A stretch of 64,000 bases of DNA from Stegostoma tigrinum (Eukaryota). Positions within the stretch are counted from its first letter, which is position 1, and each line of letters starts with the position of its first letter. Location: contig NC_081390.1 in NCBI RefSeq assembly GCF_030684315.1, positions 20,401,291 through 20,465,290 of the forward strand, given 5' to 3'. Of this stretch, positions 41,692-51,557 are shown piece after piece. The notes beneath the pieces were generated by a model, which saw only the letters and a program-made list of their open reading frames with translations, ran no database searches and was not told the DNA's origin. The translations under genes and the position numbers were made by a program.

Positions 41692-41984
41692 ACTAACTGG
41701 AAGAATTCTGAAATTGACTGAGATTTTTCTACTTTTCTTGTAAAAGGGGGAAATTGTTTTTATCCATAGCCAACCAAGGTCTTGGTTTTAGAAATTAACA
41801 GACAATTAAAGTTCTCCAAACACAAACAAATAGTGCAGAAGAACAAATTCTTGCATATTTCTGGTGGAACAAAGCAATAACATACTATCAGTTTCTTTGG
41901 GCTATTTTCTCCTGCGTAGCACCTAGCCAAGTATATTCCCTCAAGTAGCCAAAGTTTAACAGGAGAGCCCCGAGGTATAATTTC

Positions 41985-42530
41985 AAGAAAATTCATTGCT
42001 CCTGTCATGGGTGCCAGACATTTGGTCTTGTTTACTATGCCTTTGACACACGCAATGACTTGGCCTCCACAGCCCTCTGCAGCAATGAGTTCCACAGATT
42101 AACCACCCTCTGGCAGATGAAATTCCTCCCCTCAGTTCTAAAGGGCTGCCCCTTCACTCTGACCTGTGCCTGAGAATACTAGACTCTTCTACTAGGGGAG
42201 TCACCTTCACCATGTCTGTTCTATTCAGGCCCCTCAGTAATTTCGAAGTTTCAATCAATCAAACTAAACACCAAGTACAGACTCAGAGTCCTCAATTGCT
42301 CCTCATACAGCACGCTTGTCATCCCTGGGATTATTCTTGTAAACCTCCTCTGGACCTCACCTCTAACGCCAGCATTTTTCCTTAGATACAGGGCCAGATA
42401 CTGTTCACAATATTCCAAATGTTATCTGGCCACAGCCTTATACACTGTCAGTACTACATGTCTGCTCTTGTATTCTAGCCTTCTTGAAGTAAATGCTAAC
42501 ATCGCACTTGTCTTCCTGACAGTCAAGTGA
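41985..42530 (-). mobile_element. CR1 3' fragment (others at ~4050-4400, 5320-5570, 16145-16333, 21290-21590, 40280-40535, 59278-59520, 62840-63225)
   Basis: gacttggcctccacagccctctg..gagttccacagatt..accctctgg..gaaattcctcc, a CR1 3' signature. Confidence 0.72.
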
Positions 42531-42978
42531 AACCCAACCATCACTCTAACTACCCTAGTCCCCAATTACTTCAGCCTTCACCCCACCATTCACTTTAGCA
42601 CTTATTACTGACTTGCTTTACTCATTTAACCCGTGACCAATTCCCTAACGCTAAAAGCCCTCATGTCTGTCCGGGCCAATGATAATCCTCCCCTTATTCA
42701 CACCCATCAGCCGCCAAAACTCACTGGTGTCACCATCCTCCAATCACTCCCTCACATCCTTTAAATCCGTCGCTCACTCCCTCACTATTAAATCCACTTG
42801 AATCTCCGTTTGCTCCCTTGCCCTTTCTCCCCACCTTCCCCAAACCACTCAAGATCCTACGCACCCAGGGCCTTGTCTACATATTCTTTCTAGTAACACG
42901 TTCACTGTCCCCCTCATCATCCAGCAGCCAGTCCATACCACAAACCTTCGTCTAAGTACACCCCTCTCATCCAGCACA

Positions 42979-43016
42979 AAGCCCAGACTGGCATCCCAAG
43001 CCCAGACTGGCATCCC
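42979..43016. repeat. 19-bp perfect tandem duplication
   Basis: aagcccagactggcatccc x2. Confidence 0.9.
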
Positions 43017-43169
43017 ACCCCCACAACCCACTCCCCCCACCCAGCGCATACCACCCTCCTCCTCCTCCTCCCTCTACTCCCACCATCACCAGTTTCCCAC
43101 CCGTCCCTCTGTCCGTGCCTTCAACACCCCCTCCAACCTCTGACCGCTCCTGCCCAGTCCCTGCCCCTC

Positions 43170-43905
43170 ACCCCCCGGTAGCCCCTGTCCGGTGACCCTC
43201 ACGCACGCCCGCCCGCGCCCCCCCAGTAGCCCCTGTCCAGTGTGGCGCCCCCCCCGGCAGCCCCTGTCCAGTGTGGCGCCCCCCCCCCCGGCAGCCCCTG
43301 TCCAGCGTGGCGCGCGCCCCCCCCCCCCCCCAGCCCAGCGTGGCGCGCGCCCCCCCCCCCCCAGCCCAGCGTGGCGCGTGGCGCGCGCCCCCCCCCAGCC
43401 CAGCGTGGCGCGCGCCCCCCCCCCCCAGCCCGGCGTGCGCCCCCCCCCCCCCCAGCCCAGCGTGGCGCGCGCGCCCCCCCCCCCCCAGCCCAGCGTGGCG
43501 CGCGCGCCCCCCCCCCCCAGCCCAGCGTGGCGCGCGCGCCCCCCCCCCCAGCCCAGCGTGGCGCGCGCGCCCCCCCCCAGCCCAGCGTGGCGCGCGCGCC
43601 CCCCCCCAGCCCAGCGTGGCGCGCGCGCCCCCCCCCCCAGCCCAGCGTGGCGCGCGCGCCCCCCCCCAGCCCAGCGTGGCGCGCGCCCCCGCCCCCCCAG
43701 CCCAGCGTGGCGCGCGCCCCCGCCCCCCCAGCCCAGCGTGGCGCGCGCCCCCGCCCCCCCAGCCCAGCGTGGCGCGCGCCCCCGCCCCCCCAGCCCAGCG
43801 TGGCGCGCGCCCGCGCCCCCCCAGGCGCGCGCCCCCCCAGCCCCCCCCGGCGCGCGCCCCCCCAGCCCCCCCCCCCCCTATCCAGTGTGGCGCCGCCCCC
43901 CGCCC
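43170..43905. repeat. GC-rich minisatellite (~30-nt unit) in FUT11 intron 1
   Basis: About 16 units of C(n)agcccagcgtggcgcgcg(cg), flanked by divergent agcccctgtccagtgtggcg units. Confidence 0.95.
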
Positions 43906-43911
43906 CGGTAC

Positions 43912-44607
43912 CTGTAGGTGCTCCATCAGCTGGCGGACATAGCGGTCCCGGTCAGACGCCACGGGGCAGTGTGACTGCAGGTAGAGGACGGGGGCGGTGC
44001 CGAGGCGGCGGAGGTGGTTCTTCCGGCGGAGGGAGGTGACGGGCGGGTGGCGGAGGTAGCCGGCGGCGGGCAGCCACTGGAGGGGCAGCGGGTAGTCGGA
44101 GTGCCGGCGGAAGGTGGCGGTGTAGTTGAAGAGGCGGATGGCGGCGGCCTGAGACAGCAGGTAGTTGTTCATCGGCGACTCCTCGTGGAACAGGGCCCAG
44201 GTCTGGCGGCTGCGGCGGGGCAGTGGAGCCCGGTCCGCTCGGAAGTCGGTGCCGTAGAAGAGGACGGCGGCCGTCCGCCGGTGACCGAGGGCCCGCTTGC
44301 TGCGGGTGACCAGGCAGGAAGCGCGGGGGGCCGGGCCCGAAGAGGCCCAGCCCGGGATCGGACCGCACTCGATCCGCTCCGACGTCCTCCCTCCGCCGGG
44401 GAAATGCGGGAACAGATCCTCGCTCCACCACAGCAGCACCGGCAGCTCCCTGTCTCCGGGCCGCCGGCTGCTGCCGTTAGCCGCGCCGAACTCCATCCCC
44501 GATAGCGCCGAGGCCGCCTCGAAAGCCTGGGCCTCCCGCCGGCCGCCAACCCGCGGCAGTGAGACCTCCAGGAGGAGGATGAGGGCCGCGGCGGGAAAGG
44601 CCGCCAT
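43912..44607 (-). CDS. FUT11: FUT11 (POFUT4, GT10 fucosyltransferase) coding exon 1
   Basis: ATG at 44607. Translation contains [49 protein letters not shown] and LYLQSHC..DRDRYVR, matching the FUT11 N-terminal half. Donor CAG|GTACCG at 43912/43911, phase 0, 696 nt. Confidence 0.95.
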
Positions 44608-44721
44608 GTCCGTTTAACGGTCGGACTTTACGACACGTTCACAGCAGGAGGTCGAGGCCGCTGCTGTCCCTCACTTTCCGGCAGAAGGTCGACCAATCGC
44701 TCCTTTCCGTCTCTTTGCGCC

Positions 44722-44812
44722 GCTCTGAGGGAGGGTCACTCGATCCGAAACGTTAACCCTGATTTCTCTCCACAGATGTTGCTGGAGCTTCCGGGCAATT
44801 TCTGTTTTGGTC
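44722..44812 (+). mobile_element. Penelope pLTR fragment in the FUT11 promoter
   Basis: ctgagggagggtcactcgatccgaaacgttaaccctgatttctctccacagatgttgc matches the 55101-55200 pLTR. Confidence 0.75.
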
Positions 44813-44932
44813 GCGGCTCTCCCCCGTTTTACGACAGCTCGCTGTTCCACTGTACGCCTGAAGGTCAGTCAGCATGGGCGCCACTTTACGATAGAAGGTC
44901 ATTCCCCCTTTTCCAGTCGGGTAACTTTCAGG

Positions 44933-44965
44933 TGCTGATTGGTGGGTCAAGATAACCAATCAGCA
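44933..44965. promoter_or_regulatory. Inverted pair of CCAAT boxes
   Basis: tgctgattggt-N11-accaatcagca, a perfect 11-bp inverted repeat about 330 bp upstream of the FUT11 ATG. Confidence 0.45.
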
Positions 44966-46878
44966 GCCAGAACAGATTCAACCCCTCAAGTGCCTTGTTG
45001 GTGTGAGCAGAGAACTCCAAATGCTTTCTGCAAGATAAAATTGGATTAAATTAGAGTAGTCTTATCCAGTTGCAAATCTGTACAATTTTTTCTTTTTCCA
45101 GATCTTGTTGAGGTTTTGTTTCAGATTCCCAGCATCTGCAATTATTTGTTTCATTTTAAGGTTTGTTTTTCCTCTGTTCCAGAGTAGACTAGCAGAAACT
45201 GTTTCCCCACTCGTTAAGGGATTGAGAGACAGAAGGCATAGAGTCGTAGAGTTAGTGATTTCCAAAAGAAGCAAATGTGCTGCAACAATTTCACAGTGCT
45301 TGGTTTGTGCCTGAAAGCACTGCCTTGACATGTCACAGAGGCAGGTTCAAGAAGGCATTAGATATTTGGATAGGAACATTACACAGTTAGAAGGAGAACA
45401 CAGGAGAATGACAGTGGGTGAGATGCTCATTTAGAGATCTAGTGCAGACACCATGGGCTGCAAGGCTATGACACTCCTGTCTTACTGAAATTTGGTTTGT
45501 TAGCATGACCATTCAATTTTGGTCAGTTCTCTGTGTATGTTCCAGTCCCTCCCAGTGCAGGTTACCTTGTTCTACTTTGCGCATGTCTGATTTAGGGCAC
45601 ATACTTTCAATCATGAACTTGGCCTCAATGGCTGACATTTCCTCCCTTGCCTTAGGACTTTTCCTATCCAACTGCGAGCCTAGAGCCTCACTAGACTGTG
45701 GTCTTAGACAGCTGAGAGTTGACAAGTCCAGGCATAGCACTTTCCTGCAAGTGACAAATATTGTGCTAGAATCCAGTTCTGAATGAAAGCTGACACTGAT
45801 TTCAGTTTCACAACTGTAGAAAATAATGGAGTATGGAAGAGACTGCAAAACTCATTTATTGTCTTTCAAATCAGTAGCATTACATAAATTCTTGTATTAC
45901 TTCAAAAATAGCAAATTATTGCTGCAGGAAAACAAGGCTTGGACCAAATATTTGCTTCTGGCATTAGTTGAAAATACAGGTTACAAGATGAGAAAAGACC
46001 AAGGTCCCTTCAGATGCCTCCCGCATCCTGGTGGTCATTACTTTGTTCCTTTAAGACACATCTTGAAGCTTATCCCTTTGACCAAGGTTTTGGTCACCTG
46101 ACCTGATATCTGCTTGTCTCAATCAGTTACCCAGCTGCATTGTCCCCCTCCTTTTAAGGTTTATTGCTTAGCTCCTTGCTTGAAAGGCGTCTCAATGTCA
46201 GACGTGTTTGGCAGAGATTGAGTGTAGAAACCAAGTCATATTTCATCAGTTATGCCCTTAAATGTAGCATGATGAGGAGCAGTCTTGGGGAGCAACTCCA
46301 TTGCGGGCACCTGGATGAGGGAGGGAGATATCAGTACGGGGGCGGGGGGTATCAGTGAAGGTTCTGATGCTTTCCCACAGCTTTTCTGTACTTAATCTGT
46401 CACCTCTGGACCCATCCCAGTCAATTCTGTGGTCTAAGCATGTAGAAGGTTGCTGTGCTATCAGGAACAGCACGGATGTATTGCTGAGTGTAAACGCCTT
46501 TAGCTACCTGCTCCATCCTTTGAAGGCAATGAACTGCTGTTGGTATTTCGCTATCAGTCCTTGAAATGTTTTACATTGGAGCTTGAGCAGCAATTGTTGG
46601 GTAGATCAGAGTTGTCCAAACACAGATGAGCCACAGTTCTGGCTGTAGTGACACTGTGTTAGCTGTGTGACCTCCCACCTTTGTGGCAAACTCCTGACAC
46701 ATTCCCAGCAAAAGTAGGATAGGGAGATTCACTTCATAAACATCTACTACCATTGTTCAATTGCTTAAAAAAAACATTCAGCATAATCCTGGATACTCAC
46801 ATGGGGTATTCTTGGTGTGGTGTACTGGTAATGCTGTTGGAACTAGTAATCCAAAAGGCCAGACTAACTTTCTAGGGA

Positions 46879-47051
46879 GAGATAATGGGAACTGCAGATG
46901 CTGGAGAATTCCAAGATAATAAAATGTGAGGCTGGATGAACACAGCAGGCCAAGCAGCATCCTCTGATGAAGGGTCTAGGCCCGAAACGTCAGCTTTTGT
47001 GCTCCTGAGATGCTGCTTGGCCTGCTGTGTTCATCCAGCCTCACATTTTAT
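46879..47051. mobile_element. Short fold-back Penelope pLTR insertion inside a SINE
   Basis: Inverted arms aataaaatgtgaggctggatgaacacagcaggccaagcagcatc. Intact hammerhead core. Perfect TSD taactttctaggga. Confidence 0.9.
46964..46991 (+). ncRNA. Minimal type I hammerhead ribozyme core
   Basis: CTGATGA-aGGGTctagGCCC-GAAACGTC: conserved core, short stem II, palindromic ACGT stem III, GUC triplet. Confidence 0.7.
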
Positions 47052-47754
47052 TAACTTTCTAGGGACATGGGTTCAAACCTCACTCTGGAAATAAATAGAG
47101 AGCACTAGAGAAACTCAGCAGGTCTGACAGCATCTGTGTGTAGAGAGAAAAAAACAATTAATATTTCATGTTCAATCTGACTCCTTCAGAACTGAACTTC
47201 ATTTTGGATTGGAAACATTAACTCTCTCCACAGATGCTGTCAGACCTGCTGAGTTTCTCCAAAATTCCTTGTTTGCTTTGAATTTCCAGCATGTTTTTTT
47301 TTGCATTCATTCAGTGGATGAGGAATTATTGCCCAGAGGGCAGTCAAGTGTCAACCACATTGCTGTAGGTCTGGAGTCACATGTAGTTTGGACCAGGAAA
47401 AAATGGCAGTTTGCTTTCCTAAAGGACATCGGTGAACCTGCAGTATTTTGCTTTTGCTACAGCTGGCTGCGAAAACTGAATTCCATAAGAAAACTGAAAT
47501 GAAAAGTTGGCTAATGGCAGCCATGTGACTGCTGTTGATTGTCGTAAAGGTTAATCTGATTCACTGATATTCTTTGAGGGAAGGAAATCTGCTGTTCGTA
47601 GCTGATATAACTCAGCCCCACAGAAACATGATTGATTCTTAACTTCCTGCAGAGTGTTTGAAAATGGATAATTAAGTTCACATGAATAAATTTTTACGAA
47701 AAATCATTTTAAGAGAAAATGCCCTAAAAGTTTCATGTAGGTGGAGTTACACTG

Positions 47755-48011
47755 TGAGAGTATTAGAATCACAATGCCAATGCAAAATAACTGCACAGAG
47801 GCTGGTAACCTGTCACCAGATCCCCTGCTAATTTACATGGGTACAGTACATGGACACTGAGCCAGATCAGAAAAGCCCCTAGACTGAGGAACCTTGTTTT
47901 TTTAAAAAAAAACGAAATGTGCCAAGACTCCCTGATTGGGTCTGTTAACCTGGGCCAATCAGGGATCTCATTGTCAGTGAGATCCACCCAAACCTGCTTC
48001 CAATCACGACA
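47755..48011 (-). mobile_element. Short LTR-like repeat (related fragment at 40186-40265, +)
   Basis: On the minus strand it begins tgtcgtgattg, like tgtagtgattg at 40186. Internal palindrome ccctgattgg..ccaatcaggg. Confidence 0.45.
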
Positions 48012-49150
48012 CAAAGTATGGTGTCTTACTCATTTTTTACTTATTAATCAGAAGTCTGTGTCTGTATTCCTGGTGTCCTGCGTTTTGCCAGCAGCTAATA
48101 CATTGGACACACTCGGTTTGATGCAGTCATTAGTACAGATTTCTTTCTGTTCTCTTCTCCAAGCCACTCCCCTACTGCAGAAGATCCGATCAGATGTGGC
48201 AGTTCCTAATTTTCTGCCCTCAGGGCATTCAGATTGCTGACTGGGAATGGCACCTTGACATTTTGTGTGGCTTCATCTAACACTAGATGGTGCTACAGTC
48301 CAATGTTTCACCATCCGCGTGTAACGATGGTACTCGTTATTTCAGTATGTTTATTGTTACTGTGGGCACTTTGGGTAAAAAAGGAGGACATAGCCACGTG
48401 TAAGGAGGTGATAAAATTTGCAGTATCTTGCATTAAAGGACCATATCTGTAGCGTTTTTTGTGGGACCATTTTTGCATTTATGACATTGTACACGCATGA
48501 GCTTAAGCTTATAAAACAGGTACATAGTGAAACCTGTCAGTTATGGGCACGAGGGATGGGGATCAGTTGACTTAATCTGTAAGTTCTCTCATTGTGCAAA
48601 TGGCCATTTGTATATGCAGTAAATTTTTATACACACATGTCAGTAGAATGTGGATTTGAAAATGGCCAATAAATTCTCTGCATTTCTGAGCTGGAATTTT
48701 TTCTTGCAGACAGCCACCACTACCTCCTCAACGATAATAAAGGATGGACAATAAAAGTTGGTCACAGATATTGATGCTCATATCCCATTAATGTATATGG
48801 AAAGCTCAACCATCCAGGATGGTTTATCATGGAATCCAGCTACTTCTGAAATGATGTTGGGCTTTTCCTTCTATTCCACTTCTCTATTCCACCTGGGAAT
48901 TCCTTGCTGTAGAAGATGTAGCTTCAATCCCAAGATTCTTCCAAGAGGATTAAGTGATTGACCCAGCAGAGAATGTCTTCCTGAGATTTGCATTAGGAAA
49001 GCTGATATGGGAATTTAACCTTCCAGTTAAGGGAGTTTAGCACCTTATTGTTCAGAACACTGTGTGTAGACACTGAAGTTGACAAAGCAGGGGTTGACCA
49101 TTAGTGCGAAGATATTCTCGGTAGTTGGCTGGATTTCTGTGGATCCCAAT

Positions 49151-49303
49151 TCACATTGTTCCCTCAAGCGAGATTTCAGGGGTATGCCTGATCCTCCAGA
49201 TCAGTATGACCGCCGGCGGCAGTATAATTAGCAAACTCATTATGAGGATAGTCGCCAGGATAACCAGGATGATGACCCAGACTTCTAGCACGTAGGCCGA
49301 CAT
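49151..49303 (-). CDS. Small integral membrane protein, SMIM3/NID67-like (50 aa)
   Basis: MSAYVLEVWVIILVILATILIMSLLIILPPAVILIWRIRHTPEISLEGTM*. A at -3, in-frame TGA 4 codons upstream. Strong acceptor tccttcatccatcttgtgttttgcag| at 49355/49354. Similar to the recalled human SMIM3 core [39 protein letters not shown]. Confidence 0.85.
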   Translation of the reverse strand: MSAYVLEVWVIILVILATILIMSLLIILPPAVILIWRIRHTPEISLEGTM

Positions 49304-49728
49304 CTTTGACTTTCAGCTTTTACAGCATCAGCATCCGAATGATCTAGTAGCACCCTGCAAAACACAAGATGGATGAAGGATGGCATTGGACATCATCCTG
49401 ATTGCCCCTCAGCTAGGCATTTATAAACTGGCTGCTGATGTGAATGATCTGATTTTTAAAAATCTATATTCATTTTCAGATGCTACAGTCAAATTTCCTA
49501 TTGAAAATGAAACGTGTTTTTCCAATCTACTGAAATGTCCTTGAAGTAGCAGTATATTTGCATGTGTCTATTGTCTTCAATGAAGGGAGGTCTTGTGGTG
49601 GAGGGGGTAGTGTCCCCGCCTCGGAACCAGAAGCTCCAGCTTTAAATCTCACTGCGGGACTGGGTGCCAAGATGGGTGTGTTTGTAACCTAGGTAAACAG
49701 GCAAATGACAAGTTTCAGATTTTTCTTT

Positions 49729-50001
49729 GGGCAGCACGGTGGCTGAGTGGTTAGCTGCTGCATCATAGCACTAGGGACCCAGGTTCAGTTCCACCCTGCG
49801 GTGGCTGTCTGTGTGGGTTTCCTCCCACAGTCCAAAGATATGCAGGTTAGGATGGATTGGCCATGCTATTTTGCCCAGAGTGTTCAGGGATGGGTAGGCA
49901 AGGTGGGTTATAGGGGGATGGGTTTGGGTGGGATGCCCTGACGGTCAGTGTGGATTTGTTGGGTCAAAGGGCCTGTTTCCACACTGTAGGGATTCTATGA
50001 T
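49729..50001 (+). mobile_element. V-SINE/HE1-type SINE
   Basis: gggcagcacggtggctgagtggttag...ggcctgtttccacactgtagggattctatga. Confidence 0.8.
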
Positions 50002-50989
50002 CTTCCATGCCAATGGGGCAGGTAGTAAGAGTGGAAGATGTTCCTCGTCAGCTCATGCAGTGGAATTAAAGTTAGGCCTCTACCGGCAACATCCGGGCTA
50101 CAACGTGCATGTCAGAATGCATTTGCCATCGCAACTCAGAACTCCTGGGGAATTGGCTTGTTTGGCTGGATTGCTGCAATGCACCAGCTTGGTGCCAGTA
50201 GCACAGGGTTTGGGGTGAATTTGGGACTTGCCTCCCTTGCTGTCTAAGTGCTGGAGGTTGTGATGCTGTGGTTGAACCTGCCTTTTGATTGTGAACCCAA
50301 CCGGAGAAAGCTGGTGGTTTCAAAATGTATTTGTTTTAATGGGATGATTGAGCTGTAGCTGATGTTAGTCACTGGCCCAGCATTGTGATAGAGCTGAATC
50401 AAGGCAATCTCACTAATGTGGTTGTAGTTAATAAGCTGCATGTTTACTCAGGGTAATTTAATGCCATTAAATGGCCATCTTTTTTTCTAAATTGATACTT
50501 CCCCATGATGTAACTTGCTCATTGTTTTAACATACGTTTTGTTTTGTAAGAGCACACAAATTGTGGTCACATTTGAGTGTTGAAGAGAGTTTTTAACATT
50601 TATAACATCTCTTGGATGCATCTCAAAATGCCTTGCACCCAACTGTTACCTTTGAAGGGCAGCTGTTGTTCTCATTTTCTACTCCGTGGCTTAAACCCTC
50701 CCTGTCACTGTAGTCTCTACTCCAGCCCTGCCACCCTTTAATATATTAGTGGTCTTTAATTCTGGCCTGTTGTGCATTCCTGTTGGAATTGGCTTTCAAT
50801 TATCCAAAGCCCTGGAATGCTCTCACGATGCCTCTCTATATCCGTACATTGCTTTGCTTCCTTAAGACCCTCATTAGACACTATCTCTTTGACCGAGCAT
50901 TTGTTCATCTGACTTAAGCTCCTTGTGGAATGTTTCGGTGAAGCACCTTGGGATATTTAATTATGCTAAAATGACTGTACAAAAATACC

Positions 50990-51538
50990 GTGGTGCAGAA
51001 GGCCATTCAAGAGGGGGGAGCAAAAAGACAGGTACTTGTTATGGGGGATTCTATTATTAGGGGCACAGATGGTATCCTATGCAAGCCGGATTGGGAGGTC
51101 CGCATGGTGTGTTGCCTGCCTGGTGCCAGGGTGGGCGACGTCTCCGACCGGGTTGAAAGGATATTGGAGCGGGAGGGGGAGGATCCAGTTGTCGTGGTCC
51201 ATGTTGGGACTAACAACGTAGGCAAAGCTAGAGTAGAGGACCTGTTCAGGGATTATCAAGCACTAGGAAAGAAATTGAAGTACAGGTCCTCAAGGGTCAT
51301 AAGCTCCGGATTACTGCCTGAACCACATGCCAATTGGCGTAGGGAAAAGAAAGTTAGGGAAGTAAACACGTGGCCAAGGGATTGGTGTGGGAAAGAGGGA
51401 TTTCATTTCATGGGGCATTGGCATCAGTTTTGGAACCGGGAGGATCTGTACCATTGGGACGGTCTCCACCTGAACCGATCTGGAATCAGTGTTCTAGCGA
51501 AAAGGATAAATAGGGTGGTCAGTAGGACTTTAAACTGA
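50990..51538 (+). pseudogene. CR1 ORF1 SGNH/GDSL esterase domain
   Basis: Motifs GDSIIRG, CLPGA, VVVHVGTNN and DGLHLN are the SGNH blocks known from CR1/L2 ORF1 esterases. Confidence 0.85.
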
Positions 51539-51557
51539 GTCGGGGGGGGAAGGGAAA

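Larger units (their letters stand above)
43150..44900. promoter_or_regulatory. CpG island over the FUT11 promoter, exon 1 and start of intron 1
   Basis: Very high GC and CpG density against a CpG-depleted background. CCAAT at about 44691; ETS-like ttccgg at about 44676. Confidence 0.85.

Noticed and set aside
43320-43810. CRISPR-like regular repeats
   Set aside because: No unique spacers, no cas genes, and a vertebrate context.
43192-44039. Long Pro/Ala/Arg-rich plus-strand ORFs (241, 265 and 223 aa)
   Set aside because: They are by-products of a stop-free GC minisatellite antisense to FUT11.
43168-44607. 479-aa ORF as a single-exon protein
   Set aside because: FUT11 similarity stops at the 43912 donor and resumes in frame at 38738.
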